A stretch of 60,629 nucleotides of DNA from Candidatus Fervidifonticultor octavus (GTDB lineage: Bacteria > Sysuimicrobiota > Sysuimicrobiia > Sysuimicrobiales > Humicultoraceae): contig JAVKID010000003.1 of assembly GCA_031459655.1 (NCBI GenBank), positions 1 through 60,629 of the forward strand, written 5' to 3'. Made by a program: the position numbers and the translations under genes. Within the stretch, counting starts at the first letter, position 1. Each line of letters starts with the position of its first letter. Positions 27,011 through 37,633 of the stretch are shown here, in pieces. The notes under the pieces are model-generated. The model ran no database searches. It was given only the letters and a program-made list of their open reading frames with translations, and was not told where the DNA came from.

Positions 27011-28003
27011 TCAGGCCCTCCACCCCTGCAGGACGCGAATGTAGTTGGAGCGCTCGAACGCGGCGGGGTCCGGGCAGCGCGACAGGCTCATGCTGCCGCG
27101 CATCTGCGCCAGGGAGGTGTAGCCGTGCTCGGTCATCCAGGCCTCCAGGCCCTGACGCACCAGGCGCAGGTAGCCCGGACCGTGGCGCAGCAACGCCGAG
27201 ACCATCTGCACCGCGTCCGCGCCGGCCATGATGGCCTTGATGGCGTCGGTGGCCGAGTGCACTCCGCCGGAGACGGCCAGCGAGGCCGAGACCCGGCCGG
27301 AGAGCACGGCCAGCCAGCGCAGCCGCAGGAGCAGTTCTCCACTGCTGGACAACTCCAGCCGGGGCACGACGTCCAGGGTCTCGATGTCGATCTCCGGCTG
27401 ATAGAACCGGTTGAAGAGCACCAGGCCGTCGGCGCCGGCCGCGTCGAGTTCGGCCGCGAAGTGCGCCAGGGACGAGAAGAAGGGCGAGAGTTTGACCGCG
27501 ATGGGAATCGACACCGTCGTCCTGACCGCCCGGAGGATGTCGAGGGTACGCCCCTCGACGGCGGCGGCGGGTTCCTGGGGGTCGGTCGCCAGGTAGTAGA
27601 CGTTCAACTCGATGGCATCCGCGCCCGCCTCCTGCATCCGGCGGGCGTAGGCCATCCAGCCGCCGGTTGTGACCCCGTTGAGCGAGGCGATCACCGGCAC
27701 CCCCACGGCCCGCTTGATGCGCTCCAGGTGTCTCAGGTACTGCTCGGGCCCCAGCGCGAACTCGCTCGGACGCGGAAAGTAGGAAAGCGCCTCGGGGAAG
27801 GACTCGGCGTGCACCTCCATGTGGTGGACCGTGGCGAGTTGCTCCTGCACGATCTGCTCCTCGAAGAGGGAGTGCATGATGATGGCCGCAGCCCCGGCGT
27901 CTTCCAGCCGCTTGACCGTGTCCAGGTCGTCCACCAACGGCGAGGCGCCCGGCATGAGCGGATGCGGCAGCGACAGACCCAGGTAGGTCGTGGAGAGGTC
28001 CAT
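27011..28003 (-). CDS. dihydroorotate dehydrogenase-like TIM-barrel flavoprotein (PFOR-associated type)
   Basis: 330 aa. YLGLSLPHPLMPGASPL, IASLNG, ELNVYY, IAVKLSPFF, VSGGV blocks. Starts 9 nt after the PFOR stop. Confidence 0.85.
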   Translation of the reverse strand: MDLSTTYLGLSLPHPLMPGASPLVDDLDTVKRLEDAGAAAIIMHSLFEEQIVQEQLATVHHMEVHAESFPEALSYFPRPSEFALGPEQYLRHLERIKRAVGVPVIASLNGVTTGGWMAYARRMQEAGADAIELNVYYLATDPQEPAAAVEGRTLDILRAVRTTVSIPIAVKLSPFFSSLAHFAAELDAAGADGLVLFNRFYQPEIDIETLDVVPRLELSSSGELLLRLRWLAVLSGRVSASLAVSGGVHSATDAIKAIMAGADAVQMVSALLRHGPGYLRLVRQGLEAWMTEHGYTSLAQMRGSMSLSRCPDPAAFERSNYIRVLQGWRA

Positions 28004-28012
28004 CGGGCCGCC

Positions 28013-31000
28013 TCAGGTGCCGGCCGCGTCTGCCGGCGCCATCGCCGAGGCGGCAGCCGGTGCCGGCGTCGCGACGGCGCCCGATGCCGACGTCGGTGCA
28101 GCCACCGGCGTCTGCGCGAGTTGCTCGTAGGCCCGGTAGCGCGCCAGGACGTCCCGCCGCGCCATCTCCAACAACTCCCGCGCCCGCTGGCGGTCCATCC
28201 CCTCTACCATCCGGAAGCGGACCTCGTTGTAGGTGAACTTGGCCAGGTCCACCTTCGGCGGGCCCGAATCCAGTTGCAGTGCCGGCTTGCCCTCGGCCAG
28301 ACGCCGGGGATCGTAGCGGAGCAGGGGCCAGTAGCCGCTCTCGACGGCCAGCTTCTGCTGCTCGGCGCCGAAGGCCAGATCGTAGCCGTGCATGATGCAG
28401 GGACAGTAGGCAATGATCAGCGCCGTGCCCGGGTACGCATCGGCCTCCTGGAACGCCCGCACGGTGTGGGCATCCTTGGCGCCGAAGGCCACCCGCGCCA
28501 CGTAGACGTTGCCGTAGGTCATGGCGAGGGCCGCCAGGTCCTTCTTCTGGGTGGCCTTGCCGGCCGAGGCAAACTTGGCCGCGGCCCCGCGAGGGGTGGC
28601 CTTGGACTGCTGCCCGCCGGTGTTGGAGTAGACCTCCGTGTCCAGCACCAGGATCTTGACGTCCCGCCCCATGGCCAGGACGTGGTCGAGTCCGCCGTAG
28701 CCGATGTCGTAGGCCCAGCCGTCGCCGCCGATGATCCAGACGCTCTTGCGCACCAGGTAGTCGGCCAGCAGTTCCAGGCGGCGCGCGTCGGGCCCCTCCA
28801 GCGCCGCCAGGCGCGCCCGCAGGGCGGCGACCCGCTCGCGCTGCCGGGCGATGCCGGCCTCGGTGAGCTGGTCGCCGTTGAGCACCGCGGCCGCCAGTTC
28901 TTCCCCGATCTGGGGCGCCAGACGCTGGACCAGGTCGCGGGCCTGCCCGGCCAGCATGTCCACCGCCAGGCGCATGCCCAGCCCGAATTCGGCGTTGTCC
29001 TCGAACAGGGAGTTGGACCAGGCCGGACCCCTCCCGTCATGGTTGGTCGTATAGGGGGTGGTCGGCAGGTTGCCGCCGTAGATGGATGAGCACCCGGTGG
29101 CGTTGGCGATCAACAGCCGGTCGCCGACGAGCTGGGTCAGCAGCTTGATGTACGGCGTCTCGCCGCAGCCGGCGCACGCCCCGGAGAACTCGAACAGCGG
29201 CGTCATGAACTGCGTGTCCTTGACGTCGTGCTTCAACCGCGTCCGGTCGAATTCAGGTAGGGTCAGGAAGAACTCCCAGTTCCGCCGCTCGGCCTCCCGC
29301 AGCGGCAGCTGCGGCGCCATGTCGATGGCCTTGTGCTTGGGGTTGGCCTTGTCCTTGACCGGACAGACCATCACGCACAGGCTGCACCCGGTGCAGTCCT
29401 CGGGAGAGACCTGGAGCGAGTAGAGGTGCCCCTTGATCTCCTGGCTGCGGTAGGGCATGGACTTGAAGGTGGGCGGCGCGCCGTCCAGATGCTGCGGCTC
29501 GTAGATCTTGGCCCGGATGACCGCATGCGGGCAGACGAAGACGCACTTGTTGCACTGGATGCAGATGGCCGGATCCCACACCGGGATCTCGTGGGCGATG
29601 TTGCGCTTCTCCCACCTGGTCGTACCCACCGGCCAGGTCCCGTCCGGGGGGAAGGCGCTGACCGGCAGCCGGTCGCCATCCCCGGCCATCATGGCGGCGG
29701 TGACCCGTCTGACGAAGTCGGGTGCCGACTCGGGCACCAGCGGCCGGCGCGGGGCTTCTGCCGTCACGCGGCCGGGGATCCTGACCTCGTACAGGTTGGC
29801 CAGGGTCTCATCGACGGCCTGCCAGTTCCGCCGGACGACCTCGTCGCCCTTGCGCCCGTAGGTCTTCTGAATGGCCTCCTTGATCTTGGCGATGGCTTCA
29901 TCCCGCGGCAGCACCCCTGAGATGGCGAAGAAGCAGGTCTGCATGATGGCGTTGATGCGGCCGCCCATGCCGGTCCGCTGCGCGATCTCGACGGCGTTGA
30001 TGACGTAGAACCTCAGCCGCTTCTCGATGATCTGGGCCTGGACGTCACGGGCGAGGTGGTCCCAGACCTCGTCGGGCCCATAAGGGGCGTTCAGCAGGAA
30101 GACCGCGCCGGGCGCCGCGTAGTCCAGCACGTTGTACCGCTCCATGAAGGGGAACTGGTGGCACGCGACAAAGTTGGCGCGCCGGATCAGATACGATGAG
30201 CGGATCGGTCGGGGGCCGAACCGCAGGTGCGAGATGGTCATCGCCCCCGATTTCTTGGAGTCGTAGACGAAGTAGCCCTGGGCGTAGTACGGTGTTTCTT
30301 CCCCGATGATCTTGATGGAATTCTTGTTGGCCCCCACGGTGCCGTCGGCGCCGAGCCCGAAGAACACCGCCCGGACCACATCGTCGGGCTCGATGTCCAA
30401 CTCCGCGTCGACGGGCAGCGAGAGGCCGGTCACGTCGTCGGTGATCCCCACGGTGAAGTGCCGCCTGGGCGAGGTCCTGGCCAGTTCCGCAAAGACCGCG
30501 ACCACCATCGCCGGGGTGAACTCCTTGGACGCCAGGCCGTAGCGGCCGCCGATCACGACGGGCTCGGCGGCGAAGCGGCCCGCGCCCTCTTCGCGCAGCG
30601 CCGCGACCACGTCCAGGTACAGCGGCTCACCGAGTGCCCCGGGCTCCTTGGTCCGGTCCAGGACCGCGATGGCCCGCACCGTCGGCGGCAGGGCCGCGAC
30701 GAAGTCGGCCGCAGCAAACGGCCGGTAGAGGCGGACCTTGACCACACCCACCTTCTCGCCGGAGGCCAGCATCCACTCCACGGTCTCGTGCGCGGTCTCG
30801 GCGCCAGATCCCATGAGCACGATGATCCGCTCGGCCTCCGGGTGGCCGACATAGTCGAACAGGTGGTACTGCCGGCCGGTCAGGCGGGCGAACCGGTCCA
30901 TGATGTCCTGAACCAGCGTGGGGCAGGCCAGGTAGAACGGGTTGCACGCCTCGCGCGCCTGGAAGAACGTGTCGGGGTTCTGGGCGGTCCCCCGGAGCAC

Positions 31001-31651
31001 CGGGCGGTCCGGGGTCAGGGCCCGCTCCCGGTGGGCGCGGATGGCCTCGTCGGGGAGCATGGCCCGCAGGTCGTCATCGGAGAGCATCTCGATCTTGGCG
31101 ACCTCGTGGGACGTACGGAAGCCGTCGAAGAAGTGCAGGAACGGCACGCGGCTGCGCAGGGTCGCGGCGTGCGCGATGCAGGCCAGGTCGTGGGCCTCCT
31201 GCACCGAGCCCGACGCCAGCATCGCGAAGCCGATCTGGCGGCAGGCCATGACGTCGGAATGATCGCCAAAGATCGAGAGGGCGTGGGTGGCCACGGTCCG
31301 GGCCGAGACGTGCATCGCGAAGGCCGTCAGTTCTCCCGCGATCTTGTACATGTTGGGGATCATCAACAGCAGCCCCTGAGAGGCGGTGAACGTGGTGGTG
31401 AGGGCACCCGCCTGCAGGGCCCCGTGCACGGCGCCGGCCGCTCCGGCCTCCGACTGCATCTCCACCACCTGGGGGACCGTGCCCCACAGGTTCGGCCGCC
31501 GCTCGGCCGCCCACTCGTCGGCGAACTCGCCCATGGGCGACGAGGGTGTGATCGGGTAGATGGCGATGACCTCGCTGGCGCGGTAGGCGACCGAGGCGGC
31601 CGCCTCGTTGCCGTCGAGCGTCACCGGGGCGCGCGGGGTGACTTGACTCAT
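28013..31651 (-). CDS. nifJ: pyruvate:ferredoxin (flavodoxin) oxidoreductase, single-polypeptide type
   Basis: 1212 aa from MSQVTPRAPVTLDGNEAAASVAYRASEVIAIYPITPSSPMGE. Two 4Fe-4S motifs (CIQCNKCVFVCPH, CTGCSLCVMVCPV) and the TPP block GGDGWAYDIGYGGLDHV. GAGGAGGA upstream of ATG 31649-31651. Confidence 0.95.
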   Translation of the reverse strand: MSQVTPRAPVTLDGNEAAASVAYRASEVIAIYPITPSSPMGEFADEWAAERRPNLWGTVPQVVEMQSEAGAAGAVHGALQAGALTTTFTASQGLLLMIPNMYKIAGELTAFAMHVSARTVATHALSIFGDHSDVMACRQIGFAMLASGSVQEAHDLACIAHAATLRSRVPFLHFFDGFRTSHEVAKIEMLSDDDLRAMLPDEAIRAHRERALTPDRPVLRGTAQNPDTFFQAREACNPFYLACPTLVQDIMDRFARLTGRQYHLFDYVGHPEAERIIVLMGSGAETAHETVEWMLASGEKVGVVKVRLYRPFAAADFVAALPPTVRAIAVLDRTKEPGALGEPLYLDVVAALREEGAGRFAAEPVVIGGRYGLASKEFTPAMVVAVFAELARTSPRRHFTVGITDDVTGLSLPVDAELDIEPDDVVRAVFFGLGADGTVGANKNSIKIIGEETPYYAQGYFVYDSKKSGAMTISHLRFGPRPIRSSYLIRRANFVACHQFPFMERYNVLDYAAPGAVFLLNAPYGPDEVWDHLARDVQAQIIEKRLRFYVINAVEIAQRTGMGGRINAIMQTCFFAISGVLPRDEAIAKIKEAIQKTYGRKGDEVVRRNWQAVDETLANLYEVRIPGRVTAEAPRRPLVPESAPDFVRRVTAAMMAGDGDRLPVSAFPPDGTWPVGTTRWEKRNIAHEIPVWDPAICIQCNKCVFVCPHAVIRAKIYEPQHLDGAPPTFKSMPYRSQEIKGHLYSLQVSPEDCTGCSLCVMVCPVKDKANPKHKAIDMAPQLPLREAERRNWEFFLTLPEFDRTRLKHDVKDTQFMTPLFEFSGACAGCGETPYIKLLTQLVGDRLLIANATGCSSIYGGNLPTTPYTTNHDGRGPAWSNSLFEDNAEFGLGMRLAVDMLAGQARDLVQRLAPQIGEELAAAVLNGDQLTEAGIARQRERVAALRARLAALEGPDARRLELLADYLVRKSVWIIGGDGWAYDIGYGGLDHVLAMGRDVKILVLDTEVYSNTGGQQSKATPRGAAAKFASAGKATQKKDLAALAMTYGNVYVARVAFGAKDAHTVRAFQEADAYPGTALIIAYCPCIMHGYDLAFGAEQQKLAVESGYWPLLRYDPRRLAEGKPALQLDSGPPKVDLAKFTYNEVRFRMVEGMDRQRARELLEMARRDVLARYRAYEQLAQTPVAAPTSASGAVATPAPAAASAMAPADAAGT

Positions 31652-31788
31652 GCCGATCCTCCTCACCGGGTCCCCTATCGGGCCGTCCTCCATGAGGGTA
31701 GCCCCGGGCCGGGGATGACAGGTATACATCCTCGACCCGATGGAGACTCCAGGCCGATGCGTCCAGGAGGGCGGGCCCGAACGCGGCC

Positions 31789-32451
31789 TCAGGCGGCGGA
31801 GCCTTTGGCGTACCGGACCTCGATGCGCGAAATCACGAAAGGCGACTGCTTCAGGATCTCGGACCGGATGACCTCTCCCTGGCGGACGTCGGGGCTCCCC
31901 CACGCCGAGAGCCTGACGAGCGCGGCCTCGGGCAGGCCCTGGAGCACCAGGACCGCGCCGCCGGCCGTCTCGGCCTGGGTGATGGCCCAGGTCTCCCCGG
32001 GGCCCTGCTGGACCAGGACCGGCAGGAGGTAGCGGTCTGGTGGGGCTGTGGACGTCCAGCGTGCCAGCAGCCGTGGAAGCCGAGCGGGGCCGTTCCCCCA
32101 GGAGGCGGGCGCGGGCCGGGCAACCGGGAAGACGAACTCGGACAGCAGCCTCGCGGTGTCCGGATGCAGCGGATCCAGGGCCAGCCCCAGCCTCAGCCCG
32201 TAGACGCTGTCGCGGACGTAGGCGACCCGGCCCGCCATCCCCACGCGGTCGCCGAACCACAGCAACAGCAGCCAGACACGTTCGGCGTCGAACCGGACCC
32301 GTGGCACGAGCAGCCCGGCGCCGTGGTGGTGCGCGTCCACGAGCACGCCGATCCCGACCTGTCCCTCCTCGGTCGCGTAGCGGACCGGCACGGCGACCTG
32401 GAGCCTGGGCAGGCTGCGGCGTTCACCCCGGCGGCGACCCGGAAGCCACAT
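31789..32451 (-). CDS. PilZ-domain protein with a second PilZ-like barrel
   Basis: 220 aa. ERRSLPR (RRxxxR) followed 20 residues later by DAHHHG (DxSxxG with S replaced by H). About 40% identical by eye to the ORF at 49732-50472. Confidence 0.7.
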   Translation of the reverse strand: MWLPGRRRGERRSLPRLQVAVPVRYATEEGQVGIGVLVDAHHHGAGLLVPRVRFDAERVWLLLLWFGDRVGMAGRVAYVRDSVYGLRLGLALDPLHPDTARLLSEFVFPVARPAPASWGNGPARLPRLLARWTSTAPPDRYLLPVLVQQGPGETWAITQAETAGGAVLVLQGLPEAALVRLSAWGSPDVRQGEVIRSEILKQSPFVISRIEVRYAKGSAA

Positions 32452-32483
32452 CCCTGCTGGATTGTGCCCGAGACCGAGGGACT

Positions 32484-33872
32484 TCAGTCCGCCCGCCGCG
32501 GCACCTCGCCCGCGGCATCGGCTGCAGCCAGCGCCTGGAACACCTGGGCGCTCACGTGGATCCCGTCGTAGAACCGCTCCAGGCTCAGGTTCTCGTTGGG
32601 GGCATGGTTGTTCTCGTCGGCGTTGGCGTACGGAACGCAGAGGTGCGGGACGCCGAGGACATCCGGCCAGACGGCGTTGGGCAGGCTCCCGCCGCTGCTT
32701 GGGATGATGACCGGCTCGACCCTGCGGATGGCTGCCACGGCCCGGGCGACCACTGCGACCGCCGGATGGTCGGGCGCCGTGCGGCTGGGCTCCATCCGCC
32801 CCAGGCCGCGGTCGACTACCTGGATCCTGGGATCGACCTTCGCGGCGTGGGCCCTGACCTTCTGGAAGATTTCCTCCGTCGCCTGATCCGCCACCAGGCG
32901 GAGGTCGATCCGGCACTCGGCGGTCGCGGGGATGATCGTCTTGGACCCGGAACCCACGTACCCGCCGGCCACCCCCTGGATGTTGATGTAGGGCTCCAGC
33001 ATGATCCGCCGCCAGTACGTCGGGCCGTCGATGGCGAGCCTTTCCAGACCCATCGTCGCGGCAAACACCTCCGGCTCGAAGTCCAGCGCTGCCAGCAGCC
33101 GCTCCTCGGTCGGACCGATGGGCCGCACGCGGTCGTAGAAACCCTCGATCAGCACGCGGCCGGACGGGTCCACCATCGTCGAGAGCAGGTGCACCAGCAT
33201 CCAGACGGGGTTGGGGACCACGCCGCCCTTGTTCCCCGAGTGGTTGTCCCGCATGGCACCCTGGGCGACCAGGGCGATCTGGAGGACGCCCCGGTTGCCC
33301 AGCGAGATGACCGGCGCGCCGGACGGGTGTAGACCGCCGTCGGAGATGTAGACGAGGTCCGCGCCCAGTCTCGCCCGGTGCGCCCGGACGAAGGACGCCA
33401 GGTGCTTGGAGCCCAACTCCTCCTCGCCTTCGAAGACGAACTTCAGGTTGAGCGGCGGGCCGCCGGCCGCCTGCGTCCAGGCGTGGGCGGCCAGCAGGTG
33501 GGTGAGCAGTTGCCCTTTGTTGTCCCCGGTCCCGCGGCCGTACAGCCGGCCGTCGCGCACCGTGGGCTCAAACGGCGGGCTCGTCCACAGGTCCAGCGGC
33601 TCGGGCGGCTGCACATCGTAGTGGCCGTAGACGAGCAGAGTAAACGCTCGGGGATCCGTGCGGAGCTCGCCGTAGACCACCGGCTGGGTGGGCGTGGTGA
33701 TGACCTCGGCGCCGACGCCCAGGTCGCGCATGATCCCTGCCAGCAGCGCGGCGCACTCCTTGACCCCCTCATCCTGCGCGCTGATGCTCGGCTGCCGCAC
33801 CAGGGTCTTGAGAATCTCGAGGGATTCCGCTCGGTGATCGTCGATGTAGCCGTGCACACGATCGGTTGCCAT
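32484..33872 (-). CDS. M20-family dipeptidase
   Basis: 462 aa from MATDRVHGYIDDH. LLVYGHYDVQPP, GRGTGDNKGQ, FEGEEELGS blocks. GAGGAGGAGG upstream of ATG 33870-33872. Confidence 0.9.
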   Translation of the reverse strand: MATDRVHGYIDDHRAESLEILKTLVRQPSISAQDEGVKECAALLAGIMRDLGVGAEVITTPTQPVVYGELRTDPRAFTLLVYGHYDVQPPEPLDLWTSPPFEPTVRDGRLYGRGTGDNKGQLLTHLLAAHAWTQAAGGPPLNLKFVFEGEEELGSKHLASFVRAHRARLGADLVYISDGGLHPSGAPVISLGNRGVLQIALVAQGAMRDNHSGNKGGVVPNPVWMLVHLLSTMVDPSGRVLIEGFYDRVRPIGPTEERLLAALDFEPEVFAATMGLERLAIDGPTYWRRIMLEPYINIQGVAGGYVGSGSKTIIPATAECRIDLRLVADQATEEIFQKVRAHAAKVDPRIQVVDRGLGRMEPSRTAPDHPAVAVVARAVAAIRRVEPVIIPSSGGSLPNAVWPDVLGVPHLCVPYANADENNHAPNENLSLERFYDGIHVSAQVFQALAAADAAGEVPRRAD

Positions 33873-33937
33873 CCTGCCTCCTCCTCGCTGACATCCAAGG
33901 GACGCGGCCGATCTTCCCGGCCGCGCCGGGATGGGGA

Positions 33938-34990
33938 TCATCGACTCCACGCCAGCGCCAGGCCCGCGGCCAACCCTGCAAGCACGGCCAGGGCGGCAGC
34001 CGCCAGCAGCCAGGTGCGCCCATCTCCCCGCCGCCGGCCCAGGGCGGAGCGCCGGGCAAGTCCGGCATCGAAGGCAAATGCCGGCGCAGGAGGCGGCGGG
34101 AGCATGGCGACCTCGGAGGGCGCAGGGAGGACGGGCTCGGCCCGGGGCGGCACCGGCCGGACGCCCGCTGGCTCCGGCTGGACCGGCTGCGGCGGAACCG
34201 GTTCCAGCCGGGGCGGTTCCGGTGGCGCCGGCTCCTGGGAAGCCGTCGGTGACTGGACCAGTGACTGGCCCGCCTCCGGAAGGCGCACCGTGCGCCGGAC
34301 CTCCCGGAACGCGCGCTCGACGAGATTGACCGTGCGGACCTTCGGCCACAGCAGCGGGGAGAACCGGTAGAACGTCAGACACGCCGCCAGGTCGGACTCC
34401 AGGCTGGCCACGGCCCGGTGGGCCTGCACAGCCCAGCGCGCCCGCCACTCCCGGAATCTGCCGACGGCCGCCGCCAGATCCGGCGCGGAAAAGATCGCCC
34501 GGGCTTCCGCCAGACATGCAGCCCGCCACCGACGGTCGACCATCCGTGAGAGCGCCAGCAACCGGTGCGCCACGCTGATCTGGATCGGGATCCCGGGATA
34601 CACCTCCGGAATCGTCCGGAGCAGAGCGGGGTGGCCGTCGCAGCAGACGAGGAGCAGGTGCCTGCCGACTCCTCCTGCCTTCAAGTCGCGGAGCACGGCC
34701 AGCCACTCCCGGTCGTGTTCCCCCGGCACAGCGCGCCAGGCCAGGGGATGGGCCCGGCCGTCCCGGTCGAGTCCCAGGGCGCAGAGCACGGTCACGCCGC
34801 CCCCGGGAGCCCCCGGGCTGCGCAGGCCGTCGAGGAGGAGAAAGGCAATCTCAGGACGCGGCGAGGTGGATGGGTCGCCACGGGCAGGTTGGTCGATGCT
34901 GCGCTCCACTGTCGCACCCGGCAGGCCAACGGCCAGGCACTGTGTTCGGGACGGGAAGCCCGGACGCCTGTTGCTCCCTGGCCGTGCCAT
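33938..34990 (-). mobile_element. IS256/Mutator-family transposase-derived ORF, N-terminally truncated, with a foreign Pro-rich and TM tail
   Basis: FLLLDG..., LLLVCCDGHPALLRTIPEVYPGIPIQISVAHRL, FYRFSPLLWPKVRTVNLVERAFREVRR match the DDE core of Mutator-type transposases. Only about 45 residues precede the first D. The C-terminus is PAPPEPPRLEPVPPQPVQPEP... plus TWLLAAAALAVLAGLAAGLALAW. GGGAGGGG lies directly upstream of ATG 34988-34990. No inverted repeats seen. Confidence 0.6.
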
Positions 34991-35045
34991 CCCCTCCCGA
35001 CCCTGCTACACTGGTGTCGTCTCACCATCCGACGGGGGGACCACG

Positions 35046-37563
35046 GTGGACCCAGAGTTTCCCAGCGGTACCGTCACCTTCCTCATTTACCGACATCGAG
35101 GGCTCCACGCGCCTGCTGCAGACCCTCGGGACACGGTACCCCGACCTGCTGGAAGAACACCGCCGGCTGATCCGGGAGGCCATCAGGGCTCAGGACGGCT
35201 GCGAGGTCAACACCGAGGGCGACAGTTTCTTCGTGGCGTTCACGGGAGCAGTCCGCGCCGCCGTGGCCGCCGCGGAGGCACAGCGGGCCCTCGAAGGCTT
35301 CCCCTGGCCGGGGGGACTGCCCTTCCGCGCCCGCATGGGTCTCCACACGGGGGACGCCGTCCCTGTCGGTCACGACTACGTCGGACTGGACGTCCACCGC
35401 GCGGCCCGCATCTGCGCCGCCGGCCACGGCGGACAGATCCTGGTCTCCCAAGCGACGAAAGAGATCATCGAGCACGCCCTCCCGGCGGGCCTCGGCCTCC
35501 GCGACCTGGGGGCGCACCGCCTCAAGGACCTCTCGAAACCTGAGCGCCTGTTCCAGCTCGTGGCGCCGGATCTGCCCGATGCCTTTCCGCCGCTGCGGAC
35601 GTTGGAGGCGATCCCCAACAACCTGCCGATCTAGCTCACCAGTTTCGTCGGCCGCGAGCGCGAACTCGCCCAGGCCCGACGGCTGCTGGACGGGACGCGG
35701 CTGCTGACGCTCACGGGCCCCGGGGGCACCGGCAAGACCCGGCTGGCCATGCAACTGGCCGCCGAGGTGGTCGACCAGTTCCCAGACGGCGTCTACTTCG
35801 TCCCGCTCGCGCCGATATCAGACCCCGGCCTCGTCGCGTCTGCCATCGCCCAGAGCCTCGAGGTGCGCGAGACGGGCAGTCGGCCCATCCTCGACCGCCT
35901 GCAGGAATACCTGGACGGCAAGAGGCTCCTCCTGGTCCTCGACAACTTCGAGCAGGTCATCGCCGCGGCGCCCGTCGTTGGCGACCTGCTCAAGACCAGC
36001 ACCCATCTGAAGGTCATCGCCACCACGCGAATCCCCCTGCACCTGTCCGGTGAACAGGAACTCCCGGTCCCGCCGCTGCGGCGTCCCGATCCCAGGCACC
36101 CACCGGGGGTGGAGTCCCTCTTGCAGTACGAGGCCGTCACGCTGTTCATCCAGCGGGCCGTCGCCGTGAAGCCCGACTTCACCATCACCAACGAGAATGC
36201 GCCGGCGGTGGCGGAGATCGCCTCGCGGCTGGACGGGCTGCCGCTGGCCATCGAACTCGCCGCGGCGCGGGTCAAACTCTTCCCCCCCAGGCGATGCTCG
36301 CGCGGCTCCAGCGCCGCCTCAGTTTCCTGAGCGGCGGCCCGCGGGACCTGCCGGCGCGGCAGCAGACCCTGCGCGATGCCATCGCCTGGAGCTACGATCT
36401 GCTCGACGAAGGCGGCAGGCGGCTGCTGGCGCGCGTCGCGGTCTTCGTCGGCGGGTGCAGCCTCGAGCAGGCGGAGGCTGTCTGCGGGCCGGCCGAAGCC
36501 CTGGGGCGGGACGTGCTGGACGGGCTGGCCGGGCTCGTAGACCAGAGCCTCCTCCATCAGGAGGAGGTCGAAGGCGAACCCCGCTTCGTGATGCTGGAGA
36601 CCATCCGGGAATTCGCGCTCGAACCGCTGGAAGCCAGCGGCGATGCCGAGGAGATCCGCCGGCGCCACGCGATAGCGTACCTGGCACTCGCCGAGCAGGC
36701 CGCCCCGCACCTGACGGGGCCGCAGCGGGTGACCTGGCTCGACCGCCTGGAGCGCGAGCACGACAACCTGCGCGCCGCTATCGCCTGGGCGATCGACCAG
36801 GCCGACTCGGAGACCGGCCTCCGGCTGGGAGCCAGCCTCTGGCGCTTCTGGCAGATGCGGGGACACCTGCACGAAGCCCGCGAGCGGCTGGGCAGGCTCG
36901 CGGCGCCAACTCGGGAATCCCCGAGACGTCGCGGCGGACCTGTACGATCTGTCCTTCGTCTGCATCGTCCCCCAGACGGACATCGAGCGGGGCCGGTCGC
37001 TCCTCGAGGAGAGCCTGGCGATCTACGAGCAGGCGGGCGACCGGGCGGGCATCGCCAAGGTGCACTGGGCCATGGCCAGCGTGACCTACACGGCCGGGGA
37101 CTATCCGGCGTCATTTCGTCACCTCGCGATCAGCATTCCCATCTTCCGTGGCCAGGACGACCGGTTCAGTCTGGGATGGGCCCTCCACTCCCTCGGCCTG
37201 GCGGCCAGCAAGACGGGCGACTATCCGGCCGCGCGCGCGGCCTTCGACAAAGCCATGGGCCTGTTCGCGGAAGCGCGCGACGTCTCGGGAATCGCCCTGC
37301 TGCTCCTGGACTTCTCGGGCCTCGCGCTCCTGGAGGGCGAGCCCGAGCGGGCTGCACGGCTGGCCGGCGGGGCCGCCGCGTTGCAGAAATCCGGCGGTGT
37401 GGACCTGGCTTCGATCGTCGACGCCACGGAAGGACCCTGGCAGGTCGGTGGGAAACTGGACCGCCAGGCCCTCGCCGCGGCCATCGAGGAGGGCCGTGCC
37501 ATGCCGACGGACGAGATGATCGCGTACGCTCTCAGACGTCCCCCGCGGGCTGGCGCAGGGTAA
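35046..37563 (+). pseudogene. adenylate cyclase / NB-ARC-like ATPase / TPR gene with at least four disabling lesions
   Basis: GTG 35046 reads VDPEFPSGTVTFL. An extra A at 35085 precedes FTDIEGSTRLLQ...RMGLHTGD. An in-frame TAG at 35632-35634 falls inside NNLPI*LTSFVGRERE. Walker A is LTGPGGTGKTRLA. There is a frame change at the C7 run 36282-36288 (..ARVKLFPP / QAMLARLQRRLSFLSGGPRDLPARQQTLRDAIAWSYDLL) and another near 36905-36925. TPR-like tail to TAA 37561-37563. Confidence 0.75.
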
Positions 37564-37633
37564 CGACGCCGACCGGCGTCAGCGATACCGAAGCCTTCGC
37601 CGCGATCCGCTTGCAGGAGGCGCGCAGGCGCCG

